Below, piece after piece: positions 37,254 through 50,563 of a stretch of DNA of 64,000 nucleotides. The stretch comes from Squalus acanthias (lineage: Eukaryota). The position numbers and the translations under genes were made by a program. Location of the stretch: positions 165,728,001-165,792,000 of the forward strand of contig CM059425.1 of the NCBI GenBank assembly GCA_030390025.1, read 5' to 3'. The stretch's first letter is position 1; each line of letters starts with the position of its first letter. The notes under the pieces are model-generated. The model searched no databases. It was not told the origin of the DNA and saw nothing but the letters and a program-made list of their open reading frames with translations.

Positions 37254-38419
37254 AACTCTCTCAGCAGAAACTCATTCCTAGTTCTACCTATGTTGGTTCC
37301 TACGTGGATCACGACAACTGGATCCTCCCCCTCCCACTCCAAATTCTTCTCCAGCCGCAAGGCGATATCTTTAACCTTGGCACCGGGCAGGCAACACAGC
37401 CTTCGGAACTCTCGGTCGCGACTGCAGAGAACAGTATCTATCCCCCTGACTATACTGCCCCCTACCACTACAACATTCCTTTTCACTCCTCCCACTTGAA
37501 TGGCCTCCTGTACCATGGTGCCGTGGTTAGTTTGCTCAGCCACCCAGGTTCAGAGGTCTGTACAGCATATGAGTGCCAACTTGCTGCTCTGTACTTCTGG
37601 GAATCCTGCCAGCCAGTGAAGATTCTGTACCCTGTTGAGCCGATATTCATCACATTACCTGTGGAAGGAGACATGTTGTCCTCTAGAAAGCAGGCCCTCC
37701 GTGATCTTGCTTGATGTATCTGTGGGCATCCAACTGACTGACTTCACATATATCACTGATGGTGGCTTGGAAGAATAAAGTGGTGTAAAAACTGAATTCA
37801 GTAGTGTCTTTCTCACCCACAAGAGACAAGTTTTCTCTGGCATGCCCAGGAAGGACTGCCTGAGCTATTAAATGTGGGTCCTGGGGTGAGGATGAGTGCT
37901 TACATAACATAACATGCAAGCTATAGTCACGCCACCCTTTCTGTCTTTACAAGAACTGCTCGTCCTCATACAAGTCTAGGAGAACGATTAGAACCCCACA
38001 AAGGAATTTCCATTCTGCCCACTTTGGTTCTGCAGATGTTCATGCAGCTGAAGCCAAAACTGTTGTCCAAAATGGAGTTGGAAATAAAAGTTATGCAAAT
38101 TAAAAACAAGCCTGAACTACAGCAAAATTTAACGTACCAATAAAAGTGCAGATAAAGCAAGGTAAGAAACATAAACAAATCTAATGTGCCGACCAAAAAT
38201 GAGAAAGTAATGGTCACCTTTAAGTAGGCTACTCCTGCAGGCCACGCATCCGCACACTGCTTCTCCCATTTCAAATATGGCAAGCAGTGCTGCTGGTGAG
38301 AGCCACAAGATCTAGTAAGGGATGTATGAAGTTTTAATAATACTTTCACTGGCCAGAAGCAGATCCTCAAACCTGCCAAGATTATTCTCTGCTGCAAAAT
38401 GTGCTTGCTGCACTAACTT

Positions 38420-38575
38420 TGTGACGTGGGCTGGTAATTGGTTGAGAGGTAGGAGACAGAGAGTAGAGATAAAGGGAATGTACACTGATTGGTGGGATGT
38501 GACAAGTGGCGTTCCCCAGGGACCTGTACTGGGGCCTCAGCTTTTTACCATATTTATCAATGAGTTGGATGTATA
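38420..38575 (+). mobile_element. CR1 RT internal fragment
   Basis: NWLRGRRQRV...VTSGVPQGPVLGPQLFTIFINELD. Confidence 0.85.
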
Positions 38576-41024
38576 TATCAATAGAATTGGTCTTTTCCAA
38601 CTGGAATCTTCACTCTGCTGCTTTTTGATTCCAAACTGTATATTTTTTCCTTGCAGTAAGATGTTATGATAAGATTTTTCTTCAGTGTTTATGGATGGGT
38701 GCCTTATATTGAAAGCACTCCCTTTCTAACAGCACTGTTTTTTTTAATCCCACTCTTTATTGAATTGAGTTCACAATACATATGACAGAAGAGACTTAAA
38801 TGTCCAATAAAGTAATATTTTATGCTTTAAAGTTGCCAATAATCCATTGTAATTACTTTATTAACAAGAGCTCCTGAAAACGATCACTTTGTTAATTGCA
38901 ACCCAGTTTACAAAAGGACTTTGTATAGCATAGAGATTGATGTGAAAAAACTTCCAGAGTAACATTCTCGAGAAGAAATGGAAAAAAAAATGACACAACC
39001 CAAATAAGCTTCAATAAATCGTGTCTGACGCCATCTGCTTTGGTGCAACATTGCCTGGGCCCAGTACATTGTAATGAGTAGTAAGAAGTAATGCTAAATA
39101 TAACAACTTTACGCTAAAATAATATTTTTAATTTGAAAAGTTAGTTTTCATTGATGTGTTGAGGAAAAGGATTGCTAATTGAGCGTGGGAATTGATTTTC
39201 TTAATTTTTGCTTAAAAATTAGCCATTTTTAAAATTTATTTAAGGACTCGCTAAATTTCAGGTACCGAATCAGGAGTGAAATATATAATAGGTGCAATGT
39301 GAATTTAATGTATTTTACCAATGATTCAACCAGCAGACCTGTAATTGGATTGAAATTGTCTGCATTTCTAAAACAGTATATTGTAGTTTGTCAAAGGAGA
39401 TTTTATTTTGTTCCAGTAAAATTTGTTTTTCAAAGTGAGAGATTAACTGACCTTTTACATCATTAGAGAAAATTAGATTACAGTACATTAGTTTTTGTGC
39501 TTTTAGTTGCAGTACTTGAGATTCTTCACTGTCTAATATTCCATGATCTTTTATATAATGAGAGAAATTCCAAATATGAATCACAAGCACAGTACTGTAG
39601 TTAGGTCAGAAAATTTGTGAGACTGATTGCATTAAGCTTTCTGTTCTATCGAATCACTAGAGCAGTGACTATTTTTGTTCTCTTAGCTATAAATGCTGCA
39701 TTTTATAAAATTACTGAGTAGGAACTGTTGTAATCTGCAAAAGCTATTCAGTACAATGCACAGTTTATAAAAGTCCTTAAGGCATTTCATTTTAAATTAC
39801 GTTACTGTTTGCAGGATTGATGCTGAACTTTCACCTTTTCTCCCCATGTGCATCTCCACTTATGTATTTTTATAAGCTGCACTATCACATGGTGGGCATG
39901 ATGCTGACATTGAAGTTCCTTTTGCAGTCTGAAATGCTTTTTTTTGGTGACTTTAGCTGAATTGGTCACTAGATCAATACATGATCAATGATATTTGTGT
40001 TTCTTCTTTCACAAGTTTCTAATAGTTTGGTAATTGCTTAAATCCATTGCAAAATTTAGTACTTTTTAAAATGTTATTCAACCAGCTATCCAATAGAAGC
40101 AAAGGGCCAAAAACAAAGACTAAAATGAAATTTCAAGTGCTAATGCTTAATAACAATAGGTAATGGCCTTAAATTGAGAGCTGCCTTTGTTGGAATTTAG
40201 AGCTGTTCTGAAATAATCTGCTGATTAAGTTTGATTAGCATTGGTTTTAATATATTAAGATTTTAGTATTTTTCTAGAGTAGGAAAAGTCTGCCAGTTGT
40301 ATACAAGGCCATGTTTTTTTTAAAAGGTTTTATTTATTTTTAATTTTGTCTTTGTATCACTTATTTTTCCCTCACTTTGGAGCAGTTTCTACCACTCATA
40401 GGTGAGGATAGTAGGGCCAGATGCAGAGTAAAACCCCCATGCATTCTACTCCCAACAAGATGCCTCAACTCCAACCTCTGAAAAATGCCTCCCACTGCAC
40501 CAATGTAAAATTTAACTTTTCCCACACTATATTGCCTTTCTAAATAAGGTTATCCATTTTTGAAGAATTCTGAGCAGTTTTCCACTACTAAATTGACTGA
40601 AGGGGCATTGTGCTTATTTGCTTTGTCACCTACACCACAACCTATTTTCTTCTTCAAGGTATTTTCTCCTCTTATTCGCTTTCCTGTTCTCCTCACATCA
40701 TGCACTGTCTGTGAGTGCGAGGTTTTCTACTCCAGATGTCCACTAAAACTAGTCAGTGGGAGGTTTACAAGAGCAGCATAAGGATGGTTCTTCTTCCTTT
40801 GTGGAGAGGCACCTGACTTCCATCCAGTGCCTGTCCAGATTCATTCAACCTGTGAGGGATGAAGACTGTGAAACTGTACAACACTAGTGGAGCACACTGA
40901 AGAAATTCATTTAATTTCATTTTATAAATTCTTTACCTCCTCCACCAATGCACCCCCATCATCAAGAAAAGAGAATGAAAGCTATCCTTAACTACTTCTT
41001 GAACTTCCTCCAGGTGCTGCATTG

Positions 41025-41122
41025 CATTACAACAGTGACTACACTTCAGAAGTACTTTTGGCTGTAAAGCACTTTGGGACGTCCTGAGGTCATGAAAGGC
41101 GCTATATAAATGCAAGACTTTC
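41025..41122 (+). mobile_element. SINE 3' tail fragment
   Basis: Matches the tail of the SINE at 52424-52855 (GGCTGTAAAGCACTTTG...GAAAGGCGCTATATAAATGCAAG). Confidence 0.8.
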
Positions 41123-41182
41123 TGTAGAAGAGTGCTATAAATTGACTTGTATTGTGACTTTCCCTTGTCTCTCACACTGCTT

Positions 41183-41551
41183 GGGGTGAATTTTACCCCC
41201 CAAAAACAGGTGGGTTGGGAGGCGGGTCGTCCATTTAAATATTATAATGAACTGGCATGCCTCATGGTGATCCACCATTACAAATTTAACTCTGTGTGGT
41301 TTCACAGGCCTCGGGTAACCCACCAGCTAAAGGGAAGCGAGGACTTTTCACTTACCTGCTGGATCCAGCGTCCCTGCCTTGCCCACCCCCGCAATCGGAC
41401 ATCCCCCCCCCCCGAGGCCTCTGATCTCCCCCCATGAGACCTCCAATATCCCCTCAACCTCCCTCCTCTGGCCCCAGATCACCTTCCTGGCCTCCCACCT
41501 CCGGCCCCCGATGCTCCTCCTGCTCTCGACCTCTGGCCCCGATCCATCTCT

Positions 41552-41587
<36 letters not shown>

Positions 41588-42028
41588 TCCCCACCCACCC
41601 CCGATGCTCCTCTGACCCCCCCCCCCCCTCCCCAACCATCATCCTCCGGTCCCCGACCACCTCCACCACCCGCCTACCACCCCGATTCACCCCTCCCTCC
41701 CAATCACCTTCTGGCCCCCCCCCCCCGATCAGCCTCCAACCACCACCACCGATACTCCCCTGGCTCCTGACCACCACCCTCCGATCATCCTCCATCCCTG
41801 ACTCATCTCCCCCGAACCCTCCCTCCTCTCTGCAGCCAAGTGCTGCAGGCCTACCCGCCTGCAGCCAGCCAGCCTCTGCACCTGGCTGGCTGTGGGCAGG
41901 AGACGGAGCTTTTAAATGTTAATCAGGTCCTGCCATTAAATTCGGCAGGACCTGCAGGAAACCTGTTCTCTCGGGTTTGCCGACCGCTTTCTAGCCTCCC
42001 TACCCGCCTCCAGATTAAAATTCCGGCC
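41183..42028. mobile_element. Harbinger-type MITE with C-rich core and C33 tract
   Basis: Ends GGGGTGAATTTT / AAAATTCCGGCC. Flanks CTT/TTT. GGAGGCGGG and CCCGCCTCC subterminal motifs. Poly-C at 41553-41585. Confidence 0.75.
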
Positions 42029-42187
42029 TTTGTTTCTGTACGGCACTTTCACAGACAGCACAGATAAGATTAGGACCATACTGTGTGAGGAATCAGAAAC
42101 ACTGTTGATTTAAATGTATAGAGCAAATTAAAAATGATGCCAATGTGACATGGCAGTTGAATTACATACATCACTTATAAATATTAC

Positions 42188-42470
42188 AATAACAACTTGC
42201 ATTTATATAGTGGTTTTAATGTGGAAAAACGACCCAAGGTGCTTCACAGAGGCATAAGGAAAAAATGAATACTGAGCCAAGAGAGAGATTAGGAGGGGTG
42301 ACCAAAGGCTTGGTTAAAGAGGTTGGAGTCAGAGGAATGGAGAATTTTGTGGGCTTGTGGCGTTGGAGGAGCTTACAGAGATATGGTGAGGCGAAGCTAT
42401 GGAGGGAATTAAATGTAAGGTTGAGAATTTAAAATTTGAGTTATAGGGAGACTGAGAGGCGAGGTAAGTC
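42188..42470 (-). mobile_element. L2-like 3' fragment
   Basis: Colinear with 27624-28040. Confidence 0.7.
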
Positions 42471-43109
42471 GAGGATCATTTGCCCACGGATAGACATGTT
42501 CCCGAAAAAACAAAATGTCACTGCTAAATTATTGCCATTTTCAGAGCTAAATTATTGTCGTTCATGAGTTTTCGAAAGCCGTATTGATTTGAAGGTCAGC
42601 ACCTTATGTGTTAGATTGGCTGCAAAGATTATAAACCGAGCCTTGCTTCAGTGCAGACCCAAAAATGTTTTTCTCCTTAATCACACATATCCTTCCTGCT
42701 TGACTAGAATACTAATGGCGTTGTGAATTCTCCTTTTTCTGAAGAAAAGCATTTGCCTTGGGAAGTGGGGGTGTGATAAATCAGTGATTGGCAACGCTGA
42801 CATTTCACAGTGGTGAAGTTAGAAATGCAATCAGCTTTTGGAGCGAAGAAATATCTATGCTTTACTATCCGTAATTATAGTGTCTAATGACAAAATAGTC
42901 CCGTGCCATTTTTAAATTAATTTAAAATGTTAGATGATGTTTAACATAAAAATACAAGAAAGTAGAAATTAATCGTGCCCAATAATTATCATTGCAATTT
43001 TAAGCACTACAATTTAGTATATTTCAGTACATTATTGTATAATTACTGTGAGCCTTTGAGAACAATACACACCCCTAATTTGGACCACAAATTTTGGGGG
43101 AAAACTAGT

Positions 43110-43876
43110 AGCCCGGAATTTGCAGATCTGATGACGGCACACTGGCAGCGTTCGCCGTCATTTCGATTTGGAAACTGACCGTAACTTCAGGATTTAGCGC
43201 ATGCGCAGCCTAATGCAGAAATGCTGAAGTTGGGGTCTGTCATTTACTGCTCCTCTACAGGCTGCGCTGTGCTCCCCCCCGCCACCCCCCAAGCTGGCAA
43301 TCAGTGAAATCTCTCAAATCATGGAAACTGACGCAAACTTCGACTCCAAGCGGTAATTGTGCTGTTAAATATCCCATTAAAAGCTAGACCCTTTTTTTGG
43401 ATTAGATGTAACTGGGGTTTTAACAGAGTACTGACTGCTAAACAAAGGTTATGGCCCTGAAAAACTAATTTTAATTTTGTGAAGTGTCAAATTTATACAT
43501 TTTAATAATTTTAATTTTTTACTTTTTTAAAAAAGTTTGTTCATCTTTATTTCAGGTTTGCCTTTTCCCCATGTGAGAGTCCCAATCTTTGTTTTGCTCG
43601 CTCTAACATTTTTTAAAAGTTAGAGTGAAAGGAGCTTACCCACTTCCTGGTTCGCTGTCTGTGAGAATTCTGCGTTTTGATTGGCTGCTTAGACAGCCTG
43701 TTGACATCACAGCAGCTCTTCGCTGAGAATCCCCATTAACTTGCGTTGATTTCAATTACAAAATGCGTCAGAAAACCCGAGATTCTCACCACAGAGATCG
43801 CACAATCTTTGTGTGAAGCTTACTTCGGGGCCAGTGTCGAACGCCTTTCCTTCACCGCTGACCACGAATTCCGGCC
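43110..43876 (+). mobile_element. Harbinger-type MITE (family shared with 6555-7279)
   Basis: Ends AGCCCGGAATTT / GAATTCCGGCC. Flanks AGT/ATT. Hairpin around GCGCATGCGC. AT-rich core. Confidence 0.75.
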
Positions 43877-44014
43877 ATTATCTATGTAGAACATGTTTGG
43901 GGGGAACCGACTTCTGCCTTTTAATTAATCAGCAAAAGGTATAGTGCTGTTTAAGATTGTTCAGTACACCAGAGCTGTTGGGTACTAAACCCAGGTGAAT
44001 GGAGTTAGTGGATG

Positions 44015-44460
44015 GTGGGTTTAAAGGATTAAATTATGAGGACGGATTGCATAAACTTGGTTTGTATTCCCTAGAGTTTAGAAGATAGAGGGGTGATCTA
44101 ATTGATGTGCTTAAAATGATAAAATTCAATAAAGTCGGTACAGAGAAGCTATTTCCTCTGGTGCGTGAATACAGAACAAGAGGGCACAATCTTAAAATTA
44201 GAGCTAGGCCATTCAGGAGTGAAATTGAGAAGCACTTTTTCACACATAGGGAAGTGGGAATCTGGAGATCTCTTCCCGAAAGGCTGTGGATGCTGGGTCA
44301 ATTTTAATTTTCAAGACTGAGATCACCAGATTTTTATTAGTTAAGGATATTGGGGATATGGCTCAAAGGTGGGTAGATTGAGTTAAGGTACAGATCATCC
44401 ATGATCTAATTGAATGGCTGAACAGGCTCAAGGGGCTCAATGGCCTATTCCTGTTCCTAG
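44015..44460 (+). mobile_element. Old CR1 3' fragment
   Basis: EKLFPLVREYRTRGHNLKI followed by a CR1 3' UTR. Confidence 0.85.
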
Positions 44461-45322
44461 CATATTATTTAACCCATCCAGGGCTGGAGGGGAAAGATTT
44501 CCTGAGTAGCATGACCAGTTAGGTGACATACTGTCAATGCACAGAAACATCCTGCTGACTTTGAAGATGAACTAACCCAATTTCAATGCTTCTTATTGCA
44601 GTAGTGTGAAAATCCTACTTTTTGAACACTCCTGCATTAGAAATGCTAATAAAATTTCACTCACTTTTGGTGTACTGTAAGAATGTACCAGTGTACAACT
44701 TAGATGATGGCCACTTGCATGCTCTGTTCGACTGATGAAGATTGTTATGAATTACAGGGCTTCTGAATGTGCTTTTTACATCTTTTTTTTCCACCAGTAC
44801 TTTTGCCGTTTTTGCCACATGTTGAAGTTACACAGTTTAATTCATGTGTTGCATGTTGAACAGTTCCATAAAGGTTGGTTGCATCACTCCTGAATCTCAT
44901 GCAAACAATTTCCATTTTTGTATCTGCGTAAAATATGCACTACACTTTTGGTATGTTTTGGCGGGGGAGGTGTGTGTTGTACTCGGAGACTTGTTAACCA
45001 AAAGTTAATGTACTTGCTGTAAATTCCACAGAGAAAAGCCCCAAGATACAGAGGTTACAAAATAAGCATGAAATATTTTGTTTTTAATGTTTAATTCCGT
45101 TAAGAAACAAAAACTTGCATATATTTTATGAAGTCACAGTACAATTGTCACATACCATCTACAGATAAATTCAAAGTTGTTGAATTATTTTGTCAATATT
45201 TATAAATAGTCATTTTACTGTAAGTAATATTTAATGGTTGGCACATTGTTGAAGGATTCATTGGCCATGAGGACCAACTCCCTGGTGGGTGGAGTTGCAG
45301 GGGAGTTGGATATATATATCTT

Positions 45323-46033
45323 GGGGAAGATTTTGAGGCCTCCTGCCTGGCGGAAATATGACAGTAGCACCCCAAAAATGATGGGGAATGACTTACCTCC
45401 GTCGCTATGATCGCCGCAATCTACCCCTGGACCTACCGCTGGGGGGCCGGAGCGGTCACTTGAGTCAGGCAGTAGGCCTATTTAAAATGAAAATTTGATG
45501 AAAAACCTATGACGTACATGGGACCCGGTCTGCCATTTTGGGACCTTATTAGGCGGAGCATGCGCTGCACATGCTCCGTCCCGTGTCCGCTGGCAATCCA
45601 GCTGAAGATGAGCCGACAGGTAAATTTGTGTTAATTGTTTATGGGACCAGGAGGAGCAGGAGTGCTCCACAAAACAAGCCTGGGCCAGTGCTGCTCGGGG
45701 ACCACCACCCCCCCACTCAAGATCTCACCCTCACGGACCTCATTTCTTCTGGCCCAGATGCTGGTTGGGCTGCCTGAAATCACAGTAGCCCTGAGCCACA
45801 CTGGCTACCCTGGGGCACTCGTTTTCTGGTCGTAGCCTGCCGGCGAGAATATTAATGAGGCCCAGCCTTCAAAATAGGTCGAGCCTTCTGTTGGGATTAT
45901 CGGGTGGCCCCCTGGGGTGCGCTGCCGGCCAGCTGCCTGAAGTCCACTCACGGCGAAAGTCGATCCTGTTTTCATACGGTTCTCAATTGAACCATAAAAA
46001 GCACTCAAATACAATGCTAGATTTTGTCTTCCC
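45323..46033. mobile_element. Old MITE-like element
   Basis: GGGGAAGATTTT start and TCTTCCC end. GC-rich interior sharing a motif with 13880-13905. Confidence 0.5.
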
Positions 46034-46069
46034 AGCATTGGCTTTGTTTGAAGCAAATATTTTGAGTTG

Positions 46070-46255
46070 TGCAACAGTAGCAGAGTCCAATAGTTCTTTT
46101 AATCGAGAATTAGATAGTTGTTGAAAAAGAGGAATATGAAATGGTATGAGCAGAAGAGTTAGATTAGATGAGGTAGCTTGTGGAGATAAACACCCGTGCA
46201 GACGTGATGGGCCGAATGGCCTGTTTCTGTGATGTAACATTCTATAATTCTACTA
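46070..46255 (+). mobile_element. Degraded CR1 3' end
   Basis: GGGCCGAATGGCCTG...TGTAACATTCTATAATTCTA tail, like 34770-34820. Confidence 0.65.
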
Positions 46256-48627
46256 TGAAATTCTGGTGGTTGCAAGTCTGTTGCATATAGTGGTGGTGGT
46301 GGTGGTTGGTACAATTTGGGGTGATAACTAAGATCACAAAATGTGTATTAAAGCATATTTGCTTAAGTGTGATTTTTCATCTAGTTATTGCTATCAGTAA
46401 GCTTAACGACAACATTGGACCATCATTCTTTCATCACTAGGACTTGAGTTTGAGTCCATTCTATACTGAAGAGATGGATATTTCTGTTTCTGACATTGAT
46501 AAGGGTTCTAAGTTCCAAATGTAGGAGTGAGTTTGCATCACAGCTCGAAATTCAGACTGAATTGTCATTTGGAGGCCATTGAGGTCAGAGCTTGGATTAA
46601 AGCAGACTGTTGGGACAGAGAGCATTTCCCTGCATATATTGAATCTGGGAATGTTTAATGCTGACATTGAGTGCAATAAGTGGAAAAGTGTCCTATTTCC
46701 CAGGGTTAATACCTATTCCCTTAATGTGGTCCAAAATTTTGCGCTCCCCTCCCCCAACCCCTAGAGAAAAGTGTTCAAGATTCAACCAGGAAATGTTAAC
46801 CTATGGCGCTGAAATTGTGCTGTACGATATCAATAACAAAGATGTTCAAACGAAAAAATTTTAACGGCTATTTTAACAAAAGCATCCAGCTGTTTATTTT
46901 AAATGGGTTAATACCTTTGGTAAAATAAACAAAGGAATTTCATACAAACATGTTAATCTGTTCATTGCTAATATCGCACACCATGATTTCAATCTGTATA
47001 AGATTCCCAGGCATTCGTACAACTGTGCAAAGAATGATGAACTCGTCCTCCTCAAGCAAGATAAAATATTTTGGCCAGCGAACACATGATTATCATATAA
47101 AGGTGTCTGGCAGAATCCGTATTATTGATGGATCTGTTAATCGGGTATTATTTTAATTTAGCATTGTTTTAAGGACTCTGACTCCTAGCATGATAGGATT
47201 GTTAGTTAAATCTCTGTATCAATTATTTGATGGTTTGATTAACTATTTCCTTGCCTTTTTCCCTTGTTAGTTTTTTTTAACAGGACATGATTATCTAACA
47301 GTAGAAAAGTCTCGTGTAGGACGTCACACCTCAAAATGTATGTAGGGCAAAAAATAGTGTGAGGCTGAAATAGCCACTATCCAGTTCACCGTGCTGTCTG
47401 GTTCAACTATTTAAAACTGCCAATCATGCGCAAGAAACCACCATAAAACCAAACAATCCAATGGCTCAGTTGTTTTCAAAGCTGCCATTCCTAACCAGCA
47501 ACTGGTGGTGGTTGTGGCAGTCCTTTAATATTCAAAGTTGACCCTTGCTGGAAAGAGAATCAGTCAATCTCTGCATTTCCTCTTCCAACTAAGTTAAAAA
47601 CCTACATGGGAATGGCTTTAAGTGAAAGTGGTTTGCATTGAGGTCTTTCCATGCACAGCATTTGTGTTCCAATGTCATGCCGAGGCAAGACAGTTGACAC
47701 ACTGCAGAATATCTGAGCCCTCTTCAGTTTACAGTACAGCTCTGAGCACTGCTGTAGCCAAGGTCTGCAGTTTCACTCTGGCTCTAAATTAGAGCCCCTT
47801 CAGGATACTCTGCAAAACCAACTGATCAAATTGTCCAAACAAATTTTGCGCCAGACTCTGGTAGCCAAGTTGCTGTTAAAGCTACTGACTATATATACAC
47901 CTAAAATAAATTTCAAGCAATACATACATTAGAAAAAATCTTAGTAAAATCATTAAACAGCCATAAACAAATATCATCTTAGGATTTGCTGTAACATGTC
48001 TCCACAGCCCCAACAACTTAGTTTTCCCCTCATCTCCAATTGTTGCACATGTGTGAATAACTCAGGCCCCAAACGCCCCACTCCCTCCCATTCTCCAGCT
48101 GAAGCCTCAACATCCTAGTTTCCCTCTCATATCTACATGTTGCACATGTGTGAGGAACTAGTAAAGGAACATGTGTGACAGCTCTACAGAGACATTAGGA
48201 AACAGAGAGAAAAGAATGATACAGAAGGAAGGAGAGACTTCAAAAAAGAGCGATAATAGAAATGGCCAAGACATCAGGAAGGATTTCTTATATTTGAATA
48301 ATGCCATGGGGTGTTTAACGTCCACCTGATCATACAACAGACAGATGGGACATCAGTTTAGTGTCTTCTCTGAAGGACAGTGCCTCTTGACAGTGCAGCA
48401 CTGCATCACGCTTGCAAAGTGTCTGTCATACTTGCAATTGATTGGCTCAAATATATTAATAAAAAACAACAAATCAACAGTCATTGAATAATGCCATTTG
48501 CTTCAAATATGACTGAGCAGTAGGAAAGCTGCCAATGAACAAGCAGCAAGCAGCACATTCATGTTTACTTAAAATGCTGCAACTCAAATAGAATGCTTAT
48601 ATTGTATGCAATGTAACAAATAAGAAT

Positions 48628-49372
48628 CTTCTTCTTAGGCAGTCCCTCAGAACTGAGGATGACTTGCTTCCACACTAAAAATGAGTTCTCAGGTGGCTGA
48701 TGAGTCCAATGCAGGACCTACAGACTCTGTCACAGGTGGGGCAGACGGGTGGTTGAAGGGGCGGGTGGGTGGGGTGCTTGGGTTGACGTGCGTTGTTTGC
48801 GCTTGGGTTCCGCTTGCTCCCGGCGAAAAGATTCGAGGTGTTCGGTGCCTTCCCGGATGCTTCTCCTCCATTTTGTGTGGTCTTGGGCCAGGGATTCCCA
48901 GGTGTCAGTGGGGATGTTGCACTTTTTCAAGGAGGCTTTGAGGGTGTCCTTGAAGCATTTCCTCTGCCCATCTGGGGCTCTCTTGCTATGTCGGAGCTCA
49001 GAGTAGAGCGTTTGTTTTGGGAGTCTCGTATCGGGCATGCGGACGATGTGACCCGTCCGTCGGAGCTGATCGAGCGTGGTCAAAGCTTCAATGCTGGGGA
49101 TGTTGGCCTGAGCGAGAACACTGACGTTGGTGCGCCTATCCTGCCAATGGATTTGTAGGATATTGCGGAGGCAGCGTTGGTGGTACCTCTCCAGTGCTTT
49201 GAGGTGCCTGTTGTACATGGTCCATGTCTCTGAGGCATACAGGAGGGCGGGTATCACAACTGCTCTGTAGACCATGAGCTTGGTGCCGGGTTTGAGGTCC
49301 TGGTCTTCAAACACTCTCTTCCTCAGGCGACCGAAGGCTGCACTGGCACACTGAAGGTGGTGTTGGACTTCG
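48628..49372 (-). mobile_element. RTE-clade LINE 3' fragment
   Basis: VYRAVVIPALLYASETW...QRCLRNILQIHWQD...GHIVRMPDTRLPK. Same 3' end as 26095-26448. Confidence 0.92.
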
Positions 49373-49730
49373 GACTGAATGGAGCAGTAATTGTTGCTGA
49401 ACCGGAAAATTTAAATGTGATACATTCTTATTCTATGTTGTAGTTTCTGTATCTATAGGGAATGAGAGGAAGGGCCTAGGGATGTTTTACTATGCTAAAG
49501 GCACTATATAAATGCAGGTTGTTGAGTGACTTTAAGAGCGTGAGAAGAAGGGTTAGTGACAAAAAGACATACAGAGAAGCATGCAGTAAGACAAAGTGAA
49601 AACAAAGAGACAGGAAGATAGAAAGAATTATTGTGCAAAGCAAGCAGAGAGAGAGTTGCATAGAGACTTTTATTTAGTTTTTAAAGCAATAGCATAGGAG
49701 CTCAACTGTTGTTATATCATACATCTTGCA

Positions 49731-50563
49731 TTTTTTTTTATTCGTTCATGGGATCTGGGCATTGCTGGCAAGACCAGCATTTATTGCCCATCCCTAATTT
49801 GTCTTGAACCGCTGCAGTCCGTGTGGTGAAGGTACTCCCACAGTGCTGTTCGGGAGAGAGTTCCAGGATTTTGACCCAGCTACGATGAAGGATCGGCGAT
49901 ATACTTCCAAGTCAGGATGGTGTGTGACTTGGAGGGGAACTTGGAGGTGGTGGTGTTGCCATGTGCCTGCTGCCCTTGTCCTTCTAGGTGGTAGAGGTCG
50001 CGGGTTTGGGAGGTGCTGCCGAAGAAGCCTTGGCGAGTTGCTGCAGTGCATCTTGTAGATGGTACACACTGCAGCCACGGTATGCCAGTGGTGGAGGGAG
50101 TGAATGTTTAAGATGGTGGATGGGGTGCCAATCAAGCGGGCTGCTTTGTCTTGGATGGTGTCAAGCTTCTTGAGTGGTGTTGGAGATGCACTCATCCATG
50201 CAAGTGGAAAGTATTCCATCACACTCCTTACTTGTGCCTTGTAGATGGTGGAAAGGCTTTGGGGAGTCAGGAGGTGAGACACTAGCCGTGGAATACCAAG
50301 CCTCTGACCTGCTCTTGTTGCCACAGTATTTATGTGGTTGGTCCAGTTAAGTTTCTGGTGAATGGTGACCCCTAGGATATTGATGGTGGGGGATTCGGCG
50401 ATGGTAATGCCATTGAATGTCAAGGGGCGGCGGGTAGACTCTCGCTTGTTGGAGATGGTCATTGCCTGGCACTTGTGTGGCGTGAATGTTACCTGCCACT
50501 TATCAGCACAAGCCTGAATGTCGTCCAGGTCTTGTTGCATGCGGGCATGGACTGCTTCATTAT
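49731..50563 (-). mobile_element. Non-LTR retrotransposon 3' portion (CR1/L2/Jockey supergroup, clade not assigned)
   Basis: RT C-terminal motifs QQDLDDIQ..ADKWQVTF..KC, ILGVTI..KLNW and IYKAQVRSVMEY. A-rich tail. Confidence 0.85.

Larger units (their letters stand above)
28277..37550 (-). mobile_element. Near full-length CR1 host element carrying three nested LINE insertions
   Basis: Colinear pieces: 28277-29175 (3' end), 34240-34378, ~34825-37034 (RT, APE, ORF1 end) and 37254-37550 (ORF1 esterase). Confidence 0.85.

Noticed and set aside
41348..41922. Proline-rich and glycine-rich ORFs
   Set aside because: They are translations of a low-complexity C-rich tract inside a MITE.
48017..48178. 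Imperfect direct repeat with three ACATGTGTGA copies
   Set aside because: Too short and irregular for an array. Probably an old local duplication.
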